The notes under the pieces are model-generated. The model saw only the letters and a program-made list of their open reading frames with translations, was not told the origin of the DNA and did no database searches. Of a stretch of 64,000 nt of DNA, positions 10,051 through 18,690 are shown one piece after another; position 1 is the stretch's first letter, and each line of letters opens with the position of its first letter. This stretch comes from Syntrophorhabdaceae bacterium (lineage in GTDB: Bacteria; Desulfobacterota; Syntrophorhabdia; Syntrophorhabdales; Syntrophorhabdaceae), in assembly GCA_963665295.1 (NCBI GenBank), contig OY762209.1, positions 1,248,001 to 1,312,000 of the forward strand, in the 5' to 3' direction. The position numbers and the translations under genes were made by a program.

Positions 10051-10713
10051 ATGATAAGTGAAAAGCAAAGCGAAGAACTTTTCGGCCTTTATCCCGTGCT
10101 GTCGAAGGTTGACCGGGAGCTTCTTACGCAGGCGCTCTCTCGTGCAATACCCGTCACCCTGAAGGCGGGCACGGTGATTTTCGAAGAACTCCAGCCCTGC
10201 AACGCGTTTCCCTTCATCCTTTCCGGGAATATCCGTGTGTACAAACAATCGGTCAATGGAAGGGAGTTGTCCCTCTATAACGTCACTTCCGGGGATGCGT
10301 GCGTGGTGACGGCCGGTTGTCTTCTTGGCGATGATCCATATAACGCGTGCGGTCTGGCGGAAAAGGACAGCGTGCTCGTCATGATGACCGCCGATGATTT
10401 CGAAACCCTTTTAGGTTCGAGGGTGTTCCGGGAGTTCATCTTTTCCTTGTTTTCAAAGAGGATTTCAGAGCTGATGCAACTGGTCGAGGAGGTTGCGTTT
10501 CAGAAGCTGGACAAACGTCTCGCCTCCTTGTTGCTCCGGCGGGGCAGGTACATAAGGATGTCTCACCAGGAGCTGGCCGACGAACTCGGCACGGTCCGGG
10601 AAATGATCACGAGATTGTTGAAGAGTTTCTCCGATGCCGGTTTGATAGCCCTGGGCCGGGAACGGATAGAAATTCTCGATGAATCCGCCTTGAAAGATAT
10701 GCATGAAAGCTGA
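10051..10713 (+). CDS. Crp/Fnr family transcriptional regulator
   Basis: cNMP-binding-like N-terminal domain; HTH 'SHQELADELGTVREMITRLL'. Confidence 0.92.
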   Translation: MISEKQSEELFGLYPVLSKVDRELLTQALSRAIPVTLKAGTVIFEELQPCNAFPFILSGNIRVYKQSVNGRELSLYNVTSGDACVVTAGCLLGDDPYNACGLAEKDSVLVMMTADDFETLLGSRVFREFIFSLFSKRISELMQLVEEVAFQKLDKRLASLLLRRGRYIRMSHQELADELGTVREMITRLLKSFSDAGLIALGRERIEILDESALKDMHES

Positions 10714-10725
10714 AAAACAGCCCTG

Positions 10726-10741
10726 TGTAACTTAAGTTACA
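10726..10741. promoter_or_regulatory. Crp-family operator-like palindrome
   Basis: Perfect 16-bp palindrome TGTAACTTAAGTTACA 12 bp after the Crp/Fnr gene; resembles TGTGA-N6-TCACA. Confidence 0.6.
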
Positions 10742-10831
10742 GACTCCCCCTTCAATGATCTGGTAAGAATAACGCATCCTTTGCAGGAGGAGGGTGCGTA
10801 TGGGAAAGACCGTAAAACAGGGAAGGGAATC

Positions 10832-10984
10832 ATGGATATCGCGGCAATGGGAACAGGAGGGACAGGGGGATATTTCGGGGGGCTCCTCGCCTGGGCGGGC
10901 GAAAAGGTTACTTTCATTGCCCGTGGGACCCACCTTGCCCTTTTCTGCGTGAAAGCATACGACAACGCGACGGCCGCCGAATAG
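10832..10984 (+). pseudogene. panE: Ketopantoate reductase (PanE/ApbA) remnant with internal deletion
   Basis: MDIAAMGTGGTGGYFGGLLAWAGEKVTFIARGTHL joined directly to LFCVKAYD, then a stop at about 50 aa. Confidence 0.75.
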
Positions 10985-11051
10985 GCGCGGCCCTTGGCGG
11001 GGTCATGTACGCTGCTTTGAAACCTTATATAAATGGGAGGCCATCCTTTTC

Positions 11052-11957
11052 ATGAATGACAGAAGCTTCATGGGAAACAGCGCAGCCTTCGCTGCCGCCG
11101 CGTTGTTCGGGGCCTCCGTGGTCGCTACCCGGGTGGCGGTGGGAAGCGTTCCCCCCTTGAGCCTTGCCTTTCTCCGGTTCGCCCAGGGAGGGCTGATCCT
11201 GCTCATCTTCCTGCTCATTTGCCGTCCGGGCCTGCTGCGCATCAAACCGGGCGACCTGCCGTACCTTGCCCTCATGGGGGCGGTTCTCTTCACCGTCTTT
11301 CCCGTGACCTTCAACGTGGGCCTGAAGTTTACTGAAGCCTCGCGGGGCGCCCTCATGCTGTCCACCATGCCCTTGTGGAGCGCATGGCTCGCCCGCATCG
11401 CGAAAAGCGAGCACCTGACCTTGCGCCAGGTCGGGGGGATCGTCCTCACCCTGAGCGGGGTGGCCGTGGTCCTTATCGAGCGGGGCTTGAGGTGGAAAGG
11501 GGGCGGCTTCGCCCTTGTGGGCGATCTGCTTATGCTCCTCACCGCGGTCTCCGGGGCTGTTTACGGGGTCCTGGCCCAGAAGATGTTAAAGAAATACAAG
11601 GCCTTGACGGTGACCACCTATGCCATGCTCATTGGGACATGCCTCCTGATCCCCGCAGCCCTTGTGGAGGGGCTTCCCCTGGCTCTGGCCGGGATCGACG
11701 CCCGGACCGCCTTACTCATCCTGTTTTTGGGCATTTGCGGCGGTGCTATCGGTTATTACCTGTGGACACTGGCCCTGGCCCATCTCACGCCCACCCAGGT
11801 TGCGGTCTACGTAAACCTGAACCCCATGGTGGCGGCCGCCCTCGGGGCCGCGCTCCTGGCCGAAAAGCCGACCCCCGTCTTCATTGTCTGTTTCGTCGCG
11901 GTTATTGCCGGCGTCCTCCTTGTCAATTGGCCGGCGAAACCCGGCGCGAAGCCGTAA
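11052..11957 (+). CDS. DMT/EamA family transporter
   Basis: About 10 TM helices in two EamA halves; 'PPLSLAFLRF' and 'YVNLNPMVA'. Confidence 0.9.
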   Translation: MNDRSFMGNSAAFAAAALFGASVVATRVAVGSVPPLSLAFLRFAQGGLILLIFLLICRPGLLRIKPGDLPYLALMGAVLFTVFPVTFNVGLKFTEASRGALMLSTMPLWSAWLARIAKSEHLTLRQVGGIVLTLSGVAVVLIERGLRWKGGGFALVGDLLMLLTAVSGAVYGVLAQKMLKKYKALTVTTYAMLIGTCLLIPAALVEGLPLALAGIDARTALLILFLGICGGAIGYYLWTLALAHLTPTQVAVYVNLNPMVAAALGAALLAEKPTPVFIVCFVAVIAGVLLVNWPAKPGAKP

Positions 11958-12057
11958 CCCGGGCACTTCCCTTATTAATTCGTTTTGTTGAGTGCAAAAA
12001 TTTATTGACATGATCGCGGAAGGATAGCAGAATAGAATTCTGACGCACGATCGCTTT

Positions 12058-12498
12058 GTGTCGAGGACGAATACTACTGCGGGGGGCTACAGTATGGGAG
12101 ATATTTGCGCCGCTTTGAAGCTCGTGACGGACAGTTCTTCACAACTTTCGGCTTGGGCCCTTATGGTTATCGGCGGGTCCGTGGCTGCCATTGTCGGCAC
12201 CTCTTATCGGCGTCCGGACGCCCGGTCATTGCGGCTGCCTTTTCTCTTATTTATTCCCGGATGGATATGCTTAGGTTATTCCCTGTACCTTAGCAACGGG
12301 ATAATGGGAAAGTACCTGGCCTCGGTCATGGTTCACAATGAGGATATCGTGAAGGACATTGCTTCCCAGGTCAATGACATTTACGGGAGGCAGCGTGATT
12401 TCCTTCTCTGGTCTCTGGTGTTCTTCGGCGTATGGCTGTTGATCTATCTGGCCTCCTGGATATTCGTGGAGACCTTTCAAAAAGGAGACAAGAAATGA
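12058..12498 (+). CDS. Hypothetical membrane protein with about 3 TM helices
   Basis: Hydrophobic helices; stop overlaps the next start (ATGA); TTGACA-N17-CAGAAT upstream at 12005-12033. The true start may be ATG 12094. Confidence 0.6.
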   Translation: MSRTNTTAGGYSMGDICAALKLVTDSSSQLSAWALMVIGGSVAAIVGTSYRRPDARSLRLPFLLFIPGWICLGYSLYLSNGIMGKYLASVMVHNEDIVKDIASQVNDIYGRQRDFLLWSLVFFGVWLLIYLASWIFVETFQKGDKK

Positions 12499-12938
12499 AA
12501 GAGATTGTGCCTGCATTGCTTCTGTTGCTTGCTGCAACCGGTGTCTCGGCCCACGACTGTGATTGCTTCAATTACCCCTTCCGGCCGAATCCGCCTTGCT
12601 TCGGCAAGTGTGTCGGCGACTTGGCCAAGTCGAAAGGTTCGGATCTATCGAAAGTAAAGGGCCTCGATCCCAAGGTGGCCGACGGAATCAAGTTTCTGGC
12701 CAAGGACAAATACCTTAAGGCCACGGATTTCGAGGGCATAAAAGGAAAGGGAGACCTGGATCTCACAGTATCAAAGTGGCTGGATTCTGACAAGATAGCT
12801 GCGGACCGCAAAATGAAGTTCGACAAGGACCCTATGAAGGACAAGGAGACGAAGTTCGACAAGGACTCTATGAAAGGCTCGGAGATGAAGTTCAACAAGG
12901 GCGCGGTGAAGGGCCCGGCGGGCGGAGGCGGAAAATAG
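12495..12938 (+). CDS. Hypothetical secreted Cys-motif protein with three 12-aa C-terminal repeats
   Basis: AAAGGAG RBS, signal peptide MKEIVPALLLLLAATGVSA, then DCDC..PFRPNPPC...C and KF(D/N)K repeats. Confidence 0.65.
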   Translation: MKEIVPALLLLLAATGVSAHDCDCFNYPFRPNPPCFGKCVGDLAKSKGSDLSKVKGLDPKVADGIKFLAKDKYLKATDFEGIKGKGDLDLTVSKWLDSDKIAADRKMKFDKDPMKDKETKFDKDSMKGSEMKFNKGAVKGPAGGGGK

Positions 12939-13096
12939 ACGGGGCGGTGGTTTGAAGGAAACGAGAGCCTTGTCGGGTCACGTCTTTGGAGAGTGAGGAA
13001 CGGGACCGGCGCTTCAAATCCGGCGTTGAACCGTTTATGGCAGGGCTCGAAATTACTGAGGGAGATGAATCAATGGAGGCAGCGGCAGCGGCGGGT

Positions 13097-13414
13097 ATGA
13101 TCGTTACGTCGAATGAGGCACAGAGAAGAAAGTTCCTGGGGGTTGATTTCGTTTTACTCTCCCATGGCCCTGAATCAATGGTAACCAAAATGCTTTACAA
13201 GAAAGGGGACAGTCCCCCGTTGCACACGCATCCGAACGAACAGAGCGGATACGTGGTCTCCGGAAGATACAGGATCGTCATCGATGGTGTCCCTTGCGAG
13301 ATAGGTCCGGGTGATTCATACTCCATCCCCCGCGACGTTGCACATGGGCTGGAAGTCATTGAACCGGGTGAAGTAGTGGACTTTTTCAGCCCTCCGAGAA
13401 AGGACTATCTATAG
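13097..13414 (+). CDS. Cupin domain protein
   Basis: PLHTHPNEQ...GDSYSIP..VAH...DFFSPPRKDY. Alternative start at 13073. Confidence 0.88.
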   Translation: MIVTSNEAQRRKFLGVDFVLLSHGPESMVTKMLYKKGDSPPLHTHPNEQSGYVVSGRYRIVIDGVPCEIGPGDSYSIPRDVAHGLEVIEPGEVVDFFSPPRKDYL

Positions 13415-13576
13415 GCACTGTCCGCGCCAATCCATGAATGTCCTATGGACAACGTTTCCATGTTGAAATTGAGCCGGAACTGAAAGATAATAAGCCTATC
13501 GGGCCGCTCCGGATCCGATGGAGGAGTATGTTTTTATGGAGCGTTATGCTGCGGGACCTTACTTGTTAGGGATTAT

Positions 13577-13990
13577 ATGGAAATGAAGGGCTACCGGGAG
13601 ACAGAGATGTGCGTGCGCTGCGAGGGGGAGTGCTGCCGGCGACAGCCCGGTCACTGCCTGCCGTCGGAGTTCGAATCAGAGCACGCGGTCAGGGCGGCGG
13701 TGACGAGCGGCATGTATACCATCGTGCTGCTCCTCGACGCGCACATAAAGGCAAGGGTAGTCCGGCCCCATTACAAAGACCCCGGGAGGATGGTGGGCTG
13801 CGTTTTCCTCCGGGAGAAGGGCTGCGAACTGCCCTTTGAGGCCCGGCCCTATGGCTGCCGCATGTTGCGGCCGCGAGAACAGGACGCCGGCCATTGCGAA
13901 CCGGAAGGGATCTCCATCGTGGAGGCGGCGATGATGTGGGAGCAAAGCGGGTACCTGCCCCCGCTATGGGCATGTTCGCTGCCTGGTTGA
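13577..13990 (+). CDS. YkgJ-like (CxxCxxxCC) cysteine-cluster protein
   Basis: CVRCEGECC...CVFL...GC.L....RP.GC pattern. Confidence 0.75.
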   Translation: MEMKGYRETEMCVRCEGECCRRQPGHCLPSEFESEHAVRAAVTSGMYTIVLLLDAHIKARVVRPHYKDPGRMVGCVFLREKGCELPFEARPYGCRMLRPREQDAGHCEPEGISIVEAAMMWEQSGYLPPLWACSLPG

Positions 13991-14164
13991 CGGCCGTGTC
14001 GGGCCATGACACATATCAAGCCGTACATCGATCGGCGTGCTCCGCAGGCGCGACAACAGGTCTGCTCCGTTCCTGAACCTGACCGTTACGTCATCTGTCT
14101 GTCTATCCACAATCTCCGAGCGGTAATTGTTGCGGGGTAGTAACGTTTTTACCTGAAGAACAAG

Positions 14165-14192
14165 GAAGTCCCCCTATGCACCGGGGGACTTC
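14165..14192 (-). terminator. Stem-loop downstream of the C1 peptidase
   Basis: 10-bp arms GAAGTCCCCC / GGGGGACTTC. Confidence 0.6.
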
Positions 14193-14206
14193 TTGGGACG
14201 ACGACA

Positions 14207-15802
14207 TTACGGGGTGGTGACGGGCGGCTTGTTGGTCTGGGTCACGGTAAAGGTCTTCTTGCTGCTCGTTTTCGCGTCAAGGGTTACGTTGATCTTGCCC
14301 GTTCTCGGCTTGCCGGGGTTGGCGTCCACGTTGTACGTTACCTGGTCTCCGCCTGCGCCCGAGCCCGTAATCACATGAACCCATCCGGAGTCTGCCTGCG
14401 CGGTCCAGGTGCAGTCCGCGGGACTCGTGGCGACGGTAAACAGATTGGTCTCGTGGTCGCCGTTATTGAAGGAGGCGTGGGAAGGGCTCAGGGACTTCAG
14501 GGTGCATGGTTTTCCTTTCAGGGTCGCCTCGAAGGCGGCATTACCGATAGTCACGGAGCCGTTCAGGTCCTTCGAACCGGTGTTGGCGTCCGCCTTCACT
14601 TTAAGCGTTCCCTTGCCGTTATTATAGGACAGGGTGGAGCTGGACGCATGGAGCCACGATACGTTCGGTGTCACCGTGGGGGCCGGACAGACCGGGGCCG
14701 ATGCAATTATCTTGATTGTCGAGTTTCCCCCGCCGGAGTTGTAAGTCACCGGTGTGGAGGGAGTGAGAGCATAGGTGCAACTTGGGAATGCCACGTTCAG
14801 GGTCAGGAAGCTTCTTGTATACTTCGTGGTGCCCGAATAATCCAGGGTGCAGTCATAATTCATATTCATGGCCATGCGGAAGAGCCCGTTCGGCCTCTCC
14901 CCTTTTGCGTTGCCCCAACTGTTGAGGATTATCCAGTAGGGGTTTGCGGGATCGTCATCGTTGTAGCCGACAATCAATACATCATGGCCCCCGCCGCCCT
15001 TTCCGTAGGTCTTCCCGCAGTAGCTGTCGGGATTCCACACGGTTGTCTCGGGGTTGTCGTGCCAGAAATCTCTGAAGGCCGTCCAGTCCGCGGCATCGGC
15101 CAGGTCGAAGCCGAAGAGGACTGCCTTGTTCTGACCGAGGACATTTTTGATATTGCTGATGGCCGTCTCCTGTCCCACATCCTGGGTAGGCACCTGTTCG
15201 GCCGCTATGGTGGAAATGGCGATCTGCGGATTGGTGGATATGGCGCTGCACCGGACACAGGAAGAAGACCCTTCGCCGCATTTTTTGGACCCGTCCTTAA
15301 AAGACCCGTGGCTGTTACTCCATGGCACCGAATACCCTATGGTCGCGTACCACTCGGCAAACTCGTCGATCCCTCCTCCCTTGCATGCGTATTTATCCGT
15401 TTTGCACGAATTGAGGAACTGCACGGAATTGCGGTCCGGAACCCCCTCCTGCACGCTCTGGGCAACCTCCAGGACGCCTGTCGAGGCCCATGCCCAGCAG
15501 TCTCCGCAACTGCCCTGCTCTCTTTCCTTCGGAATGTATGACAGATAGCCGAGAAGGCTCAACGATGTCGCGCGGCCCTCTCTCCGGGCTGCGGACAGCT
15601 CCGAATCCATCTCTTTATCGATATACGCCGTGGGAAGTTTCCGGTAGGCCTCCTGCCGCTGCATCAAGGTATCCCAGTCGGGATGCATGACGGTGCACGG
15701 GGAAGCGCCGGCCCCCGCTATCGTGAGGTCGTCTGAACGGGCGTAGCCCGCAAACGATACGGAAAGACTGACTGCCACAAGTACGATGAAGATGGATTTC
15801 AT
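14207..15802 (-). CDS. Secreted papain-family (C1A) cysteine peptidase with C-terminal BACON-type domains
   Basis: QGSCGDCW, GGHDV and NSWG catalytic motifs; signal peptide from MKSIFIV; 'CTWTAQADSGWVHV' and 'RTGKINV' in the tail. Confidence 0.88.
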   Translation of the reverse strand: MKSIFIVLVAVSLSVSFAGYARSDDLTIAGAGASPCTVMHPDWDTLMQRQEAYRKLPTAYIDKEMDSELSAARREGRATSLSLLGYLSYIPKEREQGSCGDCWAWASTGVLEVAQSVQEGVPDRNSVQFLNSCKTDKYACKGGGIDEFAEWYATIGYSVPWSNSHGSFKDGSKKCGEGSSSCVRCSAISTNPQIAISTIAAEQVPTQDVGQETAISNIKNVLGQNKAVLFGFDLADAADWTAFRDFWHDNPETTVWNPDSYCGKTYGKGGGGHDVLIVGYNDDDPANPYWIILNSWGNAKGERPNGLFRMAMNMNYDCTLDYSGTTKYTRSFLTLNVAFPSCTYALTPSTPVTYNSGGGNSTIKIIASAPVCPAPTVTPNVSWLHASSSTLSYNNGKGTLKVKADANTGSKDLNGSVTIGNAAFEATLKGKPCTLKSLSPSHASFNNGDHETNLFTVATSPADCTWTAQADSGWVHVITGSGAGGDQVTYNVDANPGKPRTGKINVTLDAKTSSKKTFTVTQTNKPPVTTP

Positions 15803-16391
15803 TGGACCCTCCTCGATCTTATTGTTTGAGTTTTGCATGGGTTATCCGAGGTGGGAACTGCGCCCCCCTCCCTTATTATCGGAATCGAAGCCCGATTCTT
15901 TAGTTTCTTCTTATGGCCGCGACAAAGAGAAGACCTCTATAAGGCAAGGATAGCAAACATTGAGAAACTGCGCAACAAACCATGCAGAGTCAAGGCTAAA
16001 AATTTCGCCGCCCCCGCTCCCGCGTCAAAGTGCGCCATGACGATGATCTCATCCCATAGCCGTCCCCATCCGCAAAAAAGGCTTGACAGTCTTCAGCGTT
16101 ATATATAAGAATCAATAACGGTACATCTTATGAAGCCACGACGATGCGTCTTGTTCCGTGGTTGCGGTTTTCCGAGGGAGAGAAGGCAGCCGGCCGCCCG
16201 ACCTTATTCGCCCACGCGCCGGAGGCCGGGAAACAAAGCAGCAAATCACGGGAAAAAGGCGGATTTCATGCGGTCTGTTCGGGGCAGCGTCTACCCGTGG
16301 AGAAGCGGGTGGGTTGGGGTAGGATGGGACCTCGACGTGGGATCGATCCAGCAATCAACCAAATGGGGCCTCTCCTACGACCGGAACGGGC

Positions 16392-16940
16392 AACCCCCAA
16401 GCATTCAACCGGTATTCGTACGCCATAGGCAACCCCATCACTTATACTGATCCCACCTTGTCCGGATGGGGAAAATATCGGTCGGGGACGTGGGCGGCGC
16501 AAAGCACGCGGGGGCGGACTCCGCGACGGACGGGCATAGGAACATGGACATGGATCAATTCAACCAGGATGCGGGCAAAAGGTGGCGGCATTACCTCCGG
16601 GACTTCTTTATCACACCGTCCGAACTGGTGGAAGCGTGGCGGAATCTCAACGACCTGAAAAGACTCAACGACTTAATGTCAAGGCCGGCGTCGTGGGAGT
16701 CCGGTCCCAATTCGGATATCGACACGGGTGCCCAGGCCGCCACCAATACCTCCGCCACCGGCGCCCAGGCCACCACGGCAGACTGGTTTCCGTGGTTGGA
16801 TCCGTCTTATGCCTTTACCCTGGACGGCAGGTATCCCTTTAGGAGCTGTCTTATGTTCGACTACCAGGCTTTTGGTGCGGATTATGGGGAATAAAAACAG
16901 GGATGTCGTAAACAGGACGGCGCCTGGGATCATAACATGA
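16392..16940 (+). pseudogene. RHS-core relic followed by a frameshifted C-terminal (toxin-tip) region
   Basis: The frame at 16392 reads NPQAFNRYSYAIGNPITYTDPT, the RHS core terminal motif. It has an in-frame TAG at 16320 and no start. Downstream coding is broken across frames and ends ...NRTAPGIIT* overlapping the next ATG. Confidence 0.7.
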
Positions 16941-17620
16941 GAGGTAAACCTATGAGGATTGTGATGATAATACTCGTATTATGCCACGTGTTGCTGTTCG
17001 CGGCGGCAAGCGGGAGAGACGCTTGCGCTCAGAACGCCGGGAGCGGGGTGGTCTCAGTTGGCGATTCCGTATTAGTTGCTAATACTGCGGTAGGTACGCC
17101 GCTGGGGAGGATACTCCTCATCCGCAAAGGCCCGACTTGCTGCGCCCTGAAGTTCACTGAATTCTGGGCCGCTAAGACCGAAAAGGACAGGTACAAGGGC
17201 AAAGACTGGTGGAATTACGCACGGTATGAGACGTGGTATCAGGGTGACGGAACGGGAGACTTCTCAAAAAGGAACGTCGAAGTCAAGGAGGATGAGGTCC
17301 ACGAGGCGCGCCATTTTGCCATAGGCCGACTTGTGCTGGGTTTTGGCGGCGATAGAGGCCAGGTCCAATGCGGGCCTATAAAGTTACTTTGGACACAAAA
17401 CGGAATTGTGTGCTTTTATAGATTGGGAATGAGTACCTCCCCGGAGCGCATCAAGGAATACGGCATCGAGCTTGCCCCGACCCCCTGGAAGGACATCTCC
17501 GAGGTGGACCTGCACGACCCCCGGATCACGTGGTACGTCTATGACGACGCAAGGGAGCGGACGGACATCCCTATAGACCGGCTCTGGCCGGAGAAAAACA
17601 AAGTTCGGGAGCCGAAATAA
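16937..17620 (+). CDS. Exported hypothetical protein, candidate RHS immunity protein (copy 1)
   Basis: Signal peptide (start 16937, or 16952 after GAGGT); ATGA overlap with the toxin-tip frame. Confidence 0.7.
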   Translation: MRGKPMRIVMIILVLCHVLLFAAASGRDACAQNAGSGVVSVGDSVLVANTAVGTPLGRILLIRKGPTCCALKFTEFWAAKTEKDRYKGKDWWNYARYETWYQGDGTGDFSKRNVEVKEDEVHEARHFAIGRLVLGFGGDRGQVQCGPIKLLWTQNGIVCFYRLGMSTSPERIKEYGIELAPTPWKDISEVDLHDPRITWYVYDDARERTDIPIDRLWPEKNKVREPK

Positions 17621-17816
17621 AAGGGAGACTGAAGGCCTGCGGGTAACCGCTTTCAGACCATGACGGCAAGGAGAGCACGAGGTCCTGACCAACGGCCATA
17701 TATGAGGAAGGCCTTAAGGCTCCTCCGTTGTTTGAGGCGATGAATTGCTTTGTCGCGTAGTTTACGGGGAACAAAGACAGGGATGTCGTAAACAGGACGG
17801 CGCCCGGGACCATAAC

Positions 17817-18498
17817 ATGAGAGGTAAACCTATGAGGATTGTGATGATAATACTCGTATTATGCCACGTGTTACTGTTCGCGGCGGCAAGCGGGAGAGAC
17901 GCTTGCGCTCAGAACGCCGGGAGCGGGGTTGGCCCGGCCGGCGGTCCTGTATCATTTGCCCCTGCCGGTCTTGGTATGCCGCTGGGGAGGATTCTTCTCA
18001 TCCGGAAAGGCCCGACTTGCTGCGTCCTGAAGTTCACTGAATTCTGGGCCGCTAAGACCGAAAAGGACAGGTGCAAGGGCAAAGACTGGTGGGACTACGC
18101 ACGGTATGAGACGTGGTACCAGGGTGACGGAACAGGAGATTTTTCAAAAGGGAACGTCGAGGTCAAGGAAGATGAGGTGCGGCATGCGCGTCATTTTGCC
18201 ATAGGCCGACTTGTGTTGGGTTTTGGCGGCGACAGAGGCGAACTTCAGTGCGGCCCCATAAGGCTGGCCTGTGGTCCGAACGGCGGCGTACATTTCTTCA
18301 TGCTCGGAATGAGTACCTCCCCGGAGCGCATCAAGGAATACGGCATCGAGCTTGCCCCGACCCCCTGGAAGGACATCTCCGAGGTGGACCTGCGCGATCC
18401 CCGGATCACGTGGTAACGTCTATGACGACGCAAGGGAGCGGACGGACATCCCTGTAGACCGTCTCTGGCCGGAGAAAAACAAAGCGCGGGAGCCGTAA
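17817..18498 (+). pseudogene. Frameshifted paralog of the 16937 gene (copy 2)
   Basis: TGGTACGTC in copy 1 is TGGTAACGTC here; the extra A creates TAA at 18414. The homologous tail continues to TAA at 18498. Confidence 0.8.
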
Positions 18499-18690
18499 TT
18501 TTTTGTCCCACCCATTCCGGAAGGCGACAAATGCAGTCGCCCATATGTTGTGGCCCGCAACCGGTAATTCTTTACTCTCCTTGCCATTTCTCCTTGAAAA
18601 CAAACCTGATTTAGAGGACAATGGACTTAGAGACGGGGAGTCAACGGAATACGTCCCTTACAGGGTCGGAATCGATTTGAGGTGGCAATC

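Larger units (their letters stand above)
16886..18498 (+). repeat. Tandem direct duplication, about 730-bp unit, 880-bp offset
   Basis: 16886-~17616 matches 17766-~18495, including about 50 bp upstream of the start codon. Confidence 0.92.

Noticed and set aside
16130..16450. Short overlapping ORFs upstream of the RHS motif
   Set aside because: No RBS or protein-like composition; the informative frame is the start-less RHS frame.
16886..18498. Duplicated gene as a diversity-generating retroelement template / variable pair
   Set aside because: Differences are not adenine-specific, whole genes are duplicated, and there is no reverse transcriptase in the window.
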